From positions 8,434-72,433 of the forward strand of contig CAYOTY010000001.1 of the NCBI GenBank assembly GCA_964406995.1: a stretch of 64,000 bases of DNA, in the 5' to 3' direction. Shown one piece after another: positions 44,481-53,537 of this stretch. The translations under genes and the position numbers were made by a program. Under the pieces are notes generated by a model, which worked only from the letters and a program-made list of their open reading frames with translations, did no database searches and was not told the origin of the DNA. This stretch comes from an uncultured Microbacterium sp. (GTDB lineage: Bacteria; Actinomycetota; Actinomycetes; Actinomycetales; Microbacteriaceae). How positions within the stretch are numbered: position 1 is the stretch's first letter; each line of letters begins with the position of its first letter.

Positions 44481-45128
44481 ATGGCCGACATCATCTCCTT
44501 CTCCGCCGCGCTCCGCGAACGCTCCGCCAGCTCCCACTCGCAGAGCGAATCGGCGGGGTTCATGTCCGACCTGCTCAAGGGCGAGGGCACGCGCGAGGAC
44601 TACATCGCGCTGGTCATCCAGCACTACTTCATCTACGAGGCGCTCGAGAGCGCAGCAGAACGCATGAAGAACGACCCCGTGGCGTCCGTCTTCATCACCG
44701 ACAAGCTCACCCGGCTGCCCGCGCTCGAGGCCGACCTGGAGTTCCTCGTCGGCGCCGACTGGCGGGAGCAGATCGTGCCGCTGCCCGCCACCCGGCGCTA
44801 CGTCGACCGCATCAACCAGGTGGGGGCGACCTGGGCCGGCGGCTTCGTCGCCCACCACTACACCCGCTACCTCGGCGACCTCTCCGGCGGCATCTTCATC
44901 GGCCGGGTCATGCAGCGCCGCTTCGGCTTCGAGACCAATGGCGTGGGCTTCTACCTCTTCGACGACATCGCCGACCCGAAGGCGTTCAAGGACGTCTACC
45001 GCGAGCAGCTCGACGCTGCACCGTGGGACGACGCCGAGAAGGCGCACGTCATCGACGAGGTGCTTCTGGCCTACCGCTTCAACACCGAGCTGTTCGAAGA
45101 GCTCGATCGCGAGCGCCAGGCCGCCTAG
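44481..45128 (+). CDS. hmuO: Biliverdin-producing heme oxygenase
   Basis: Proximal His (SSHSQSE), IYEALE, VAHHYTRYLGDLSGG, AYRFN. Confidence 0.93.
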   Translation: MADIISFSAALRERSASSHSQSESAGFMSDLLKGEGTREDYIALVIQHYFIYEALESAAERMKNDPVASVFITDKLTRLPALEADLEFLVGADWREQIVPLPATRRYVDRINQVGATWAGGFVAHHYTRYLGDLSGGIFIGRVMQRRFGFETNGVGFYLFDDIADPKAFKDVYREQLDAAPWDDAEKAHVIDEVLLAYRFNTELFEELDRERQAA

Positions 45129-45143
45129 CGGCTCACGGAGCGT

Positions 45144-45821
45144 TCAGTCTCGACGCCGCACGGCGAGCCGATGCGCGACGCCGTCGATCACGAGGTCGAT
45201 CTTGTCCTGCCACCATGCGCTGGGCCGACCGGGCTCGCCCATCGCGTAGCGCATCACCTCGTGGTACTCGGCGGCGAGTGAGGGTTCGGACGAGCCCACG
45301 TCACCCATCGCGGCAAGCACGCTGTCACGATAGCTGTCCCCTCCCGGCACCGGGCGGTCGAGGAGCTCGACCGTGAGGAAGGAGTCCGCGGTCATGTCGC
45401 CGATCGTGTCGACGATGAGCGCCGCTTCGCGCAGCGTGAAGTCGAGCGTCATCAGCCGCTCGACGATGCGGTACGACTGCCGAACGAGCTCCTCGGGGAT
45501 GGTGGTCATCGAGCGCATCCGCTGCGCGAGACCCGGAGTGGATTCGAACATTCCCCACATCACGCGTGCGCAGGCACGGAGGTACTCCGCCCAGTCGTCG
45601 CCGGGTTCCGGCCACCGGGTGCGTGACACCGCGAGGGCGACGGCGGCGTCGAGCATGTCTTCGCGGCTGTCGATGTGCCGATAGAGCGTGGACTGGTCGA
45701 CGCCGACGCGCTCGGCGACGGCGGAGGTCGTCGCCGCGTCGAGGCCGATATCGAGCACCGCCTGCACGATCTCCTCGCGGGAGGTCAGGGGCGGGCGACC
45801 GCGGCGCGCTGAGTCGGACAT
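45144..45821 (-). CDS. TetR family transcriptional regulator
   Basis: RGRPP...AVAERVGVDQSTLYRH; TACGAT 7 nt before ATG 45821. Confidence 0.9.
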   Translation of the reverse strand: MSDSARRGRPPLTSREEIVQAVLDIGLDAATTSAVAERVGVDQSTLYRHIDSREDMLDAAVALAVSRTRWPEPGDDWAEYLRACARVMWGMFESTPGLAQRMRSMTTIPEELVRQSYRIVERLMTLDFTLREAALIVDTIGDMTADSFLTVELLDRPVPGGDSYRDSVLAAMGDVGSSEPSLAAEYHEVMRYAMGEPGRPSAWWQDKIDLVIDGVAHRLAVRRRD

Positions 45822-45896
45822 CGCGCCCATCGTACTCACGCAGAGGCGTCGGATGCCGCGCATGACCGCCGATCCCCGCACTCATGCCACCTTAAG

Positions 45897-45915
45897 TAAG
45901 GTTATCCTTGCCTAA
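45897..45915. promoter_or_regulatory. DtxR/IdeR iron box
   Basis: TAAGGTTATCCTTGCCTAA, near-consensus 19-mer upstream of the ABC-ABC-SIP operon. Confidence 0.8.
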
Positions 45916-45944
45916 CTAGTGGCATCTCCGCTACGCTCGACCTG

Positions 45945-45967
45945 TTTTGCAATATTCATTTGCAAAA
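45945..45967. promoter_or_regulatory. Candidate TetR operator
   Basis: TTTTGCAA-7-TTGCAAAA perfect IR abutting the RBS of the ABC gene. Confidence 0.6.
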
Positions 45968-45976
45968 GGAGGAAGC

Positions 45977-47854
45977 ATGGGCGACACGACAACGCCCGCG
46001 AGCGCCGGCTCGCATCCGATCCATCTCCAGACCCGCGCCGACGAGAAGGCTCGGCGGCGCGTCGAGCGCCGGGCCGCACGCTCCCGGCAGAGACAGGCCG
46101 ACGATCGCACTCTCGGTCCGGTGCGCACGCGCCTCACCCTCGCCGGCATCGTGGTCGTGATCGCCTCGCTCTGCACGGTGGCGCCCTTCATCCTCATCGC
46201 CGAGCTCTGTCGAGAGCTGCTGTCGACCACCACCGATTGGGATCGCGTCTGGCTGCTGCTGTTCACCGCCCTCGGCGTACTCGGTGCACGCGGTCTCCTC
46301 CAGTCCGGGGCGCTGCTCTGGTCTCATATGATCGACGCCGGCCACCAGTTCACCCTCCGCCGGCTCCTGGCCGCGAAGCTCACCCGGGTGCCGCTGGGCT
46401 GGTTCACCGAGCGCAGCTCCGGCGAGGTCAAGAAGCTGCTGCAGAACGACGTCGACGCGCTGCACTACCTCGTCGCCCATGCACGACTGGAGTTCGTCGC
46501 CGCCACCACGGTGCCGATCGTCTCCTTCGCCTACCTGCTGTTCGTCGACTGGCGGCTGAGTCTGGTGCTGCTGCTCCCCCTGATCGGCTACGCCCTGATC
46601 ATGAGTCGCATCATGGGATCGGGATACTCCGAGAAGCTCACCGCGTTCGAACGCTGGCAGACCACCGTGAGCGACACGACGATCGAGTTCGTCGACGGCA
46701 TCCAGGTCGTACGCGCCTTCGGCCAGCCGCGCCGCGGGCACCGCCGCTACCAGGACGCGATCGACGGCTACTCCTCGTTCTTCACCGCATGGGTGGGACC
46801 CATCACCCGCATCGAGGGCGTCGGCAGCCTGCTGCTGAACCCGGTGACCGTGATGCTGCTCGTGCTGACCTCCGGCCTCGGCCTCATCACCCTCGGGCTC
46901 CTGGAGCCCCCGGCACTCATCCCCTTCATCCTCCTCGGACTCGGCATCGGCAATACGGTTCTCACCTTCGGCTACGGGATGCAGGCGCTGCGGCAGGCAG
47001 CGACGGCATCCGTCCGCCTCTGGGAACTGGCCGAGACGCCCGAGCTGGCCGACCCGGCCGACGGCCCCTCTCCTTCGCGTGGTCATGTGCGGTTCGAGGG
47101 CGTCTCCTTCGGCTACCGCGACGATCATCTCGCCCTCCGCGAAGTCGACCTCGAGCTGAGGCCGGGAACGATCACGGCGCTGGTCGGGCCCAGCGGATCG
47201 GGCAAGTCGACGCTCGCGCGACTCCTGCCGCGCTTCTACGACGTCACCGCCGGGCGCATCACGATCGACGGAAGCGATCTGCGCGAGCTGCCGTCGGCGG
47301 TGCTGTATCGCACCATCGGCTTCGTCCTCCAGGACGTCCAGCTGATCGCGGGGAGCGTCCGGGAGAATCTCCTACTCGCGCGACCCGACGCAGACGACGC
47401 TGCTCTGGAGGAGGCCTGCCGGGCGGCGCAGATCCACGAGCGCATCGCCGGACTGCCTCGCGGCTACGACTCGGAGATCGGCGTGGATGCCCGGCTGTCC
47501 GGAGGGGAGGCGCAGCGCGTCTCGATCGCCCGCGCACTTCTCGCCGATGCTCCGATCCTCGTCCTCGACGAGGCGACCGCGTTCGCCGACCCCGAGTCCG
47601 AGGCGGCGATCCAGGACGCCCTGTCCGTGCTCGTCGCCGACCGCACGGTGCTGGTGATCGCCCACCGCCTGCACACCATCGCCGATGTCGACGAGGTCGT
47701 CGTGCTCGACGAGGGCCGCGTCGCGGAGCACGGGACTCCCGATGAGCTGCGTGCCGCCGGCGGCCTGTTCGCCCGGCTGTGGGAGGCCAACGAACGCGCG
47801 CTCCGCGAAGTCGACGAGCTGACGGCGGATGCCGCCGAGGAGGTGCCCGCATGA
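45977..47854 (+). CDS. ABC transporter TMD+ATPase (IrtA/YbtP-like, no fused siderophore-interacting domain)
   Basis: ATG 45977 after AGGAGG; EFVDGIQVVRAFG, GPSGSGKS, LSGGEAQR, DEATAFADPESE. Confidence 0.88.
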   Translation: MGDTTTPASAGSHPIHLQTRADEKARRRVERRAARSRQRQADDRTLGPVRTRLTLAGIVVVIASLCTVAPFILIAELCRELLSTTTDWDRVWLLLFTALGVLGARGLLQSGALLWSHMIDAGHQFTLRRLLAAKLTRVPLGWFTERSSGEVKKLLQNDVDALHYLVAHARLEFVAATTVPIVSFAYLLFVDWRLSLVLLLPLIGYALIMSRIMGSGYSEKLTAFERWQTTVSDTTIEFVDGIQVVRAFGQPRRGHRRYQDAIDGYSSFFTAWVGPITRIEGVGSLLLNPVTVMLLVLTSGLGLITLGLLEPPALIPFILLGLGIGNTVLTFGYGMQALRQAATASVRLWELAETPELADPADGPSPSRGHVRFEGVSFGYRDDHLALREVDLELRPGTITALVGPSGSGKSTLARLLPRFYDVTAGRITIDGSDLRELPSAVLYRTIGFVLQDVQLIAGSVRENLLLARPDADDAALEEACRAAQIHERIAGLPRGYDSEIGVDARLSGGEAQRVSIARALLADAPILVLDEATAFADPESEAAIQDALSVLVADRTVLVIAHRLHTIADVDEVVVLDEGRVAEHGTPDELRAAGGLFARLWEANERALREVDELTADAAEEVPA

Positions 47855-49599
47855 TCGCCAAGATCCTCCGGATCGTGCCCGAACCGTACAGTCGCCTGGT
47901 CCCGGGCTACCTGGCGATGATCGTGCTGTTCGCCCTCGCGCAGTCGATCGCCTACGTGCTGCTCGTGCCCCTGCTGGAGGCCGTCTTCTCCGGAGACCTC
48001 GCCTCCGCCTGGAGATGGACCGGCTGGATCGCCCTGGCCGTCGCGCTGGTGTGCGTCGGCGGGTACCGGCACGCCGTGATCGGCATCCGGATCGGCACCG
48101 GCATGATGCATGCGCTCCAGACGCGCCTCGGCGACCACATCGCCGCGCTTCCGCTCGGTTGGTTCGAGCAGAGCACGGCCGGTCGCGTGTCGCGCCTGGT
48201 CAGCTCGAGCGTGCGCGAAGCGATGGGCGTGTTCGCCCACCTGCTCGCGCCGCTGCTCACGGGCATCCTCGTACCGGTCGGCGTCGCGCTGGGAATGCTC
48301 CTGATCGACCCGCGGATCTCCCTGGCGATGCTCGTCAGCGCCCCCCTGCTCTATCTGATCAACCGCTGGGGTCAGGGCGTGTACTCGCGAGCCGAAGCCC
48401 GCGCGCATGCCGCCGCCGAAGAGGCGAACTCCCGTGTCATCGAGTTCGCGCAGGCGCAGCCGGTGCTGCGCGCGTTCAGCACCGACGGTGCCGTGAACAG
48501 CGGACTGCGCATCGCACTGGCCGAACAGCGGACCGTCGGGCGGCGACTGGTCTGGGCGACGGTGCCCGGTCTCGTGCTGTTCTCCTTCTGCGTGCAGCTG
48601 ACGTTCGTGGCGCTGGTCTACCTGGTCGTGACCCTCGCCGCCGGCGGAGAGCTGTCGGTGCCTGCCGCGATCGCCCTCATCGCCGTGAGCTCGCGCTTCA
48701 TCGACCCGCTCACCCAGGTGGCCGATCTGACCACCGCCATGAGAGGGGCCGCCAACGCGGCCGACCGCATCACGGAACTGCTGGAGACGCCCACGATCGA
48801 CGAGGCCGCAGAGGACGTCGTCCCGGAGGGCGCCACCGTGCGCTTCACCGATGTGGCCTTCGCCTACGACTCGGGCGACTCGGTGATCGACGGCGTCTCC
48901 TTCACGGTTCCTGCCGGGACCACGACGGCGCTGGTGGGGCCGAGCGGAAGCGGCAAGACGACGCTGCTGCGTCTGGCCTCGCGCTTCTACGACGTGCAGG
49001 GCGGCGCCATCGAGGTGGGTGGCCATGTCCTCGCCGACTATCCCTCCGGCACGCTGATGGAGCAGTTCTCCCTCGTCTTCCAGGACGTGTACCTGTTCCA
49101 CCAGAGCATCGAGGAGAACGTGCGGATCGGCCGACCGGATGCCGCGGACGACGATCTGCGCCGTGCCGCCGAGATCGCCCGGGTCGATGAGATCGTCGAG
49201 CGGCTCCCCGATGGATGGGCCACGAATGTCGGCGAGGGCGGCACGGCGCTCTCCGGGGGCGAACGTCAGCGCATCTCGATCGCCCGCGCCCTGCTGAAGG
49301 ATGCCCCCATCGTCCTCCTGGACGAGGCGACGAGCGCGCTGGACCCTCAGAACGAGGCCGCGGTCGTGCGCGGGCTTCATGAGCTCACCCGCGAGAAGAC
49401 GGTCATCGTCGTGGCGCACCGCCTGTCCACGATCCAGCACGCCGACCAGATCCTGTTCCTCGATGCCGGCCGCATCGTCGAGCGCGGCACGCACGAGGAG
49501 CTGCTCGCCGCCGGTGGCCGCTATGCCGCGTTCTGGAACGAGCGGTCGCGGGCATCGGGGTGGCATCTGGCTCCCTCCGCGGTCGAGGGGGTGCGCTGA
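47851..49599 (+). CDS. ABC transporter TMD+ATPase (IrtB/YbtQ-like)
   Basis: ATGA overlap at 47851; EFAQAQPVLRAF, GPSGSGKT, LSGGERQR, DEATSALD. Confidence 0.88.
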   Translation: MIAKILRIVPEPYSRLVPGYLAMIVLFALAQSIAYVLLVPLLEAVFSGDLASAWRWTGWIALAVALVCVGGYRHAVIGIRIGTGMMHALQTRLGDHIAALPLGWFEQSTAGRVSRLVSSSVREAMGVFAHLLAPLLTGILVPVGVALGMLLIDPRISLAMLVSAPLLYLINRWGQGVYSRAEARAHAAAEEANSRVIEFAQAQPVLRAFSTDGAVNSGLRIALAEQRTVGRRLVWATVPGLVLFSFCVQLTFVALVYLVVTLAAGGELSVPAAIALIAVSSRFIDPLTQVADLTTAMRGAANAADRITELLETPTIDEAAEDVVPEGATVRFTDVAFAYDSGDSVIDGVSFTVPAGTTTALVGPSGSGKTTLLRLASRFYDVQGGAIEVGGHVLADYPSGTLMEQFSLVFQDVYLFHQSIEENVRIGRPDAADDDLRRAAEIARVDEIVERLPDGWATNVGEGGTALSGGERQRISIARALLKDAPIVLLDEATSALDPQNEAAVVRGLHELTREKTVIVVAHRLSTIQHADQILFLDAGRIVERGTHEELLAAGGRYAAFWNERSRASGWHLAPSAVEGVR

Positions 49600-50339
49600 T
49601 GGCGAACTGGCAGCGCGGAGTGATGCGCCTGCTGCGCATCCCGAACCACTCCACCGAGGTCGTGGCGGTCGAGGACTTCACTCCCTGGTACCGCCGCGTC
49701 GTCTTCCGCGCCCCGGAGCTCACCGATGCCGTGGAGCCATTCCCCACCCTCTGGCTGCGGCTCTGGGTGCCCCACCCCGCGAAGGGTCCGGACGCCCTGG
49801 TCCAACGCGGGTACACCTTCGTCACCCTCGACAAGGACGCCGGCACCTTCAGTCTCGACTTCGTGCTGCACAAGGTCGCAGGTCCCGCGGGCGACTGGGC
49901 GAGATCGGTGGCGGTGGGGGCCGAGGCGGAGGTCGCCCTGACACCGGCGAAGATCGACATCCCGGATGCCACGACGACGCTGCTGCTGGCCGGCGACTCC
50001 ACCGCGCTCCCGGCCATCAACTCCTGGCTGGAGGCGGTGCCCGACGGCATCCGATCCCATGTCCTGATCGAGGAGGACCACGCCGATCGCGATCGGCTGC
50101 CGCAGGTGCGTCGCCAGGACGGCACCTGGGAGTGGGTGACGCGCGAGGGCGATCGGGGGGCCGCCCTCGCGCGCGCCATCCGTCGCACCGTGTCGCCCGA
50201 CGACGGCCTGTACGCCTGGGGCGCCGGGGAGAAGACCCTCGTGAAGAACGTGCGCGGCACGCTGCGCGACGACCTGGGTCTGGATCGCGCCCACCATTTC
50301 ACGCAGTTCTACTGGATCGAAGGCAAGGCCACCGGCTGA
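49599..50339 (+). CDS. Siderophore-interacting protein (ViuB/YqjH-type FAD reductase)
   Basis: TGATG overlap; QRGYT, LDFVLH...GPAGDWA, LAGDSTALPAI, AGE, YW. Confidence 0.88.
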   Translation: MANWQRGVMRLLRIPNHSTEVVAVEDFTPWYRRVVFRAPELTDAVEPFPTLWLRLWVPHPAKGPDALVQRGYTFVTLDKDAGTFSLDFVLHKVAGPAGDWARSVAVGAEAEVALTPAKIDIPDATTTLLLAGDSTALPAINSWLEAVPDGIRSHVLIEEDHADRDRLPQVRRQDGTWEWVTREGDRGAALARAIRRTVSPDDGLYAWGAGEKTLVKNVRGTLRDDLGLDRAHHFTQFYWIEGKATG

Positions 50340-50356
50340 CGCCCGAAGGGAGTCCC

Positions 50357-50935
50357 ATGAAGCACTTCAGCACCCGCCTCCTGCTCACCTGCGCCGCGAT
50401 CGGGGTCGCCTCGGCGATCCTGCTGCTCCCGGTGTTCAGCTTCTTCAGCTATCCGGCGATCGCGATCGCCCCGCTCGCCTACACCGCGCTGCTGGGCGTG
50501 TGGTTCTTCGGCGGGGTGCTGATCCAGTCGCTGACCCACCGGCCCGGCGTCGCACTCATCACGAGCTTCATCGCCGGCCTCGTGCTGGGGCCGCTCACTC
50601 CCTACGGCTGGTCGACGGTCGCATCGACCGTCACCGTGGGCCTGTGCCAGGAGCTGCCGTTCCTGGCGACTCTCTACCGGCGGTGGCCGGCGTGGCTGTT
50701 CTACGTCTCCAACGGCCTGATCGGCTTCGCCTACGCGTTCCCGGTCCAGCAGCTGCTCAACGTCGACGCCTCCGAGGGGGTGCGCCTCGCCGTCTACCCG
50801 ATCAGCGCCGGCAGTGCCGTCCTGTTCACCTGGCTGGCACGGATGATCGCGCGCAGGCTGGAGCAGACGGGAGCCCCGCGCGGCCTCAAGCCCGCCCCGC
50901 GGCAGGCGCGTCCCGACACGCAGCCGTCACCCTGA
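50357..50935 (+). CDS. ECF transporter S component (YkoE-like)
   Basis: ATG 50357 (MKHFSTRLLLTCAAIG); RPGVAL..FIAG, GLCQELPF; 5-6 TM. Confidence 0.75.
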   Translation: MKHFSTRLLLTCAAIGVASAILLLPVFSFFSYPAIAIAPLAYTALLGVWFFGGVLIQSLTHRPGVALITSFIAGLVLGPLTPYGWSTVASTVTVGLCQELPFLATLYRRWPAWLFYVSNGLIGFAYAFPVQQLLNVDASEGVRLAVYPISAGSAVLFTWLARMIARRLEQTGAPRGLKPAPRQARPDTQPSP

Positions 50936-52318
50936 GGCGTCGGAGGCCAGGACCGGCGTCGACGCGACGCGCTGCGCACCGGCCATGAAACGCGCCACGT
51001 CGGGGTCGACGCGGATGTCGCTCGGGCGCAGCGGCCGGGAGAGGTACAGACCCTCGATCGAGGTCAGTCGCGACAGCGCCACATAGGTCTGACCCGGCGC
51101 GAAGGCGCCTGAGCCGAGGTCGATGATCGCCTGCTCGTAGGTCTTGCCCTGCGACTTGTGGATCGTCACCGCCCACGCCAGTCGCAGCGGGAACTGCGTG
51201 AACTCGGCCACCACCTCTCGGCTGAGAGTCTTCGAGCCCGGGTTGTAGGCGTAGCGGAACCGCTCCCAGACGGCGGGTTCGACCTCGACCTCGTCGCCGT
51301 CGATCTCCACACGCACCGATCCGCCGAGGATGCGGGTCACGGTGCCGATCGTGCCGTTCACCCACCGCGGGGGATCGCCCTGCGCACCGACGTCGTTGCG
51401 CAGGAACATGACCTGGGCGCCCACCTTCAGCTTCAGCTCGGCATCGGCGGGGTAGGACGCCTCACCCCGCCCGAAGTCGCCGTTGATCTCGGCGGCGGCG
51501 GTCTGCGCACGGCCGGGCAGCGCATCCAGGTGCCGGCGGTTGATGCTGTTGACGATGTCGTTGCGGGTCGCGAGGGTGATGATCGGCACCTCGCCCGGTT
51601 CGGGATCGGGTGGCGTGCGCGCCCCGGCATCGTTGAGGACGCCGGCGATGTCGGCCGTCACGCGTCCGAAGCGCACCGCGTTCAGCATCGCCTTGAAGCC
51701 GTCGTCGGACTGCCGGTGGATCTGCACGAGCTCGCGGATGTGGAGCTCGGCGCCGTGGCGGCCGAGGTCGAGCGCGCCGCTTGCGGCATCCGATTCCCCC
51801 GCCCAGACCTTCGCGTCGAAGAACCAGAAGGAACGATAGTGGTCGCGGATGTAGCGCAGCTCGTCGCCCCGCGGCGGCACCGGAGCCAGCTGATAGGGGT
51901 CGCCGAACATGATGACCTGCACCCCTCCGAAGGGTTCGCCGCGACGAGCGCGCGCCTGGCGCAGCGAGCGGTCGATCGCATCCATGAGGTCGGCATTGAC
52001 CATCGAGACCTCGTCGATCACGAGAGTGTCGATGGCGCCCAGGATGCGGCGCGTCGCATCCGACTGCTCCAGATCCTGATCGGCGACGAGCCCGATCGGC
52101 AGGCGGAAGAGCGAATGGATCGTCTGCCCCTCGACGTTGAGCGCGGCGACCCCGGTCGGCGCGCAGACCGCGATCTGCTTGCGCGTGTTCCAGGAGAAGT
52201 ACTGCAGGAGAGTCGATTTGCCCGTGCCCGCGCGGCCCGTGATGAAGACGTGCTCGCTCGTGTCTTCGATCAGCCGGAACAGCGCGTACTGCTCCTCGGA
52301 GAGCGGGGGGAGGTTCAC
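50927..52318 (-). CDS. Pif1/RecD-like SF1B DNA helicase
   Basis: GRAGTGKS, APTGVAA, IDEVSM, GDPYQL, QFPLRLAWAVTIHKSQG, YVALSR. Confidence 0.92.
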   Translation of the reverse strand: MNLPPLSEEQYALFRLIEDTSEHVFITGRAGTGKSTLLQYFSWNTRKQIAVCAPTGVAALNVEGQTIHSLFRLPIGLVADQDLEQSDATRRILGAIDTLVIDEVSMVNADLMDAIDRSLRQARARRGEPFGGVQVIMFGDPYQLAPVPPRGDELRYIRDHYRSFWFFDAKVWAGESDAASGALDLGRHGAELHIRELVQIHRQSDDGFKAMLNAVRFGRVTADIAGVLNDAGARTPPDPEPGEVPIITLATRNDIVNSINRRHLDALPGRAQTAAAEINGDFGRGEASYPADAELKLKVGAQVMFLRNDVGAQGDPPRWVNGTIGTVTRILGGSVRVEIDGDEVEVEPAVWERFRYAYNPGSKTLSREVVAEFTQFPLRLAWAVTIHKSQGKTYEQAIIDLGSGAFAPGQTYVALSRLTSIEGLYLSRPLRPSDIRVDPDVARFMAGAQRVASTPVLASDASG

Positions 52319-52434
52319 CTCTCCATGCTATGTCGGAAGGATGCCGCAGCCGCCCTGTGCCACCCCCTGCACACCGCTTCGCCCTCCCCGTGAACACTCG
52401 GGATAGTGACAGGACGCTTGCCTAGACTGGCGGC

Positions 52435-53496
52435 ATGGATCAGACACCCCTACCGGCCAGGCGCCGGTCTCTGGGCACTGATCTGACGATCATCACCGTC
52501 GTGGGCATGCTGCTGCTCGGCGCATTCGGCGCCGGGGCGATCGCGCTCTACCGCGAGATCTACAGCCCTGCCGCCTTCGTCGAGCGCTATCTCTCGCTGC
52601 TGTCGGATGCCCGCGCCGCCGATGCCCTGCGCGTGCCCGGCGTCGCCGTCGACCGCGACCAGCTCCTGGCCCTCGGCCTCGACTCGACCCCCTCCGAGGC
52701 GCTTCTGCGCAGTGCCGCCCTCGGCGACCTGAGCGAGATCGAGGTGATCGAGGAGACGCTCGGGGAAGACGGTGTCACCCGTGTGAGGGCGCAGTACCTC
52801 GCGGGCGGTCATCCGGGCACCTCCACCTTCCGTGTCGTGCAGGACGGATGGAACGGCGTCGTGCCCCGCTGGCGGTTCGCCGAATCCCCCCTCGCCGTGA
52901 TCGATCTCGTCATCCGCGGTTCCGACGAGGTCACCGTCAACGGCTTCACCTTCGATCGTCGCCAGGTCGCTCCGGAGGGCATCGACGCCGATCCCCTCAT
53001 GCCGGTGTCGCTTCTGGTGCTGACTCCCGGCATCTATTCGCTGTCCGTCGACACCGCCGTCTCGCACACCCCGGGTGTGCGCGTGCTCACCGACTCCCCC
53101 CGGCGGATCACTCCCGTCGACCTGCAGACCGAACCCACCGAGGAGTTCGTCCGCGTCGTGCAGGAGCAGGTCGAGGAGTTCCTCGAGCAGAAATGCGCCA
53201 CGCAGAACGTGCTCATGCCGACCGCCTGCCCCTTCGGATTCACGGTGCAGCACCAGCTCGCATCCGAGCCGCAGTGGGCGATCGCGCAGCATCCGATGAT
53301 CGAGGTGGTGCCGGATGGCGCGCACTGGCAGATCCCTCCCACCGAGGCGATCGCCCACGTCGAGGTCGATGTGCGATCGCTCTTCGACGGCAGCGTGCAG
53401 ACGGTGGATGAAGACGTGCCCTTCCGCATCAACGGCACGGTCACCCTCTTGGCCGACGGCTCGCTCTCGATCAAGATCGGCTCACCCGACGACTGA
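52435..53496 (+). CDS. Hypothetical membrane-anchored protein
   Basis: N-terminal TM, Cys pair (CATQ...CPFG), coding-like codon bias; TAGACT 6 nt before ATG. Confidence 0.8.
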   Translation: MDQTPLPARRRSLGTDLTIITVVGMLLLGAFGAGAIALYREIYSPAAFVERYLSLLSDARAADALRVPGVAVDRDQLLALGLDSTPSEALLRSAALGDLSEIEVIEETLGEDGVTRVRAQYLAGGHPGTSTFRVVQDGWNGVVPRWRFAESPLAVIDLVIRGSDEVTVNGFTFDRRQVAPEGIDADPLMPVSLLVLTPGIYSLSVDTAVSHTPGVRVLTDSPRRITPVDLQTEPTEEFVRVVQEQVEEFLEQKCATQNVLMPTACPFGFTVQHQLASEPQWAIAQHPMIEVVPDGAHWQIPPTEAIAHVEVDVRSLFDGSVQTVDEDVPFRINGTVTLLADGSLSIKIGSPDD

Positions 53497-53537
53497 GGCG
53501 CGTCGCCGGCAGCACGAACGCGATGGTCGCGGAGGCC

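Noticed and set aside
49301-50935. 544-aa ORF as a single protein
   Set aside because: Only the last 192 aa (from ATG 50357) look like a real membrane protein; the rest overlaps the ABC and SIP genes out of frame
50927-52318. Pif1-like helicase as a defence or mobile-element gene
   Set aside because: Stand-alone, host-like codon usage, no partner nuclease or mobility genes
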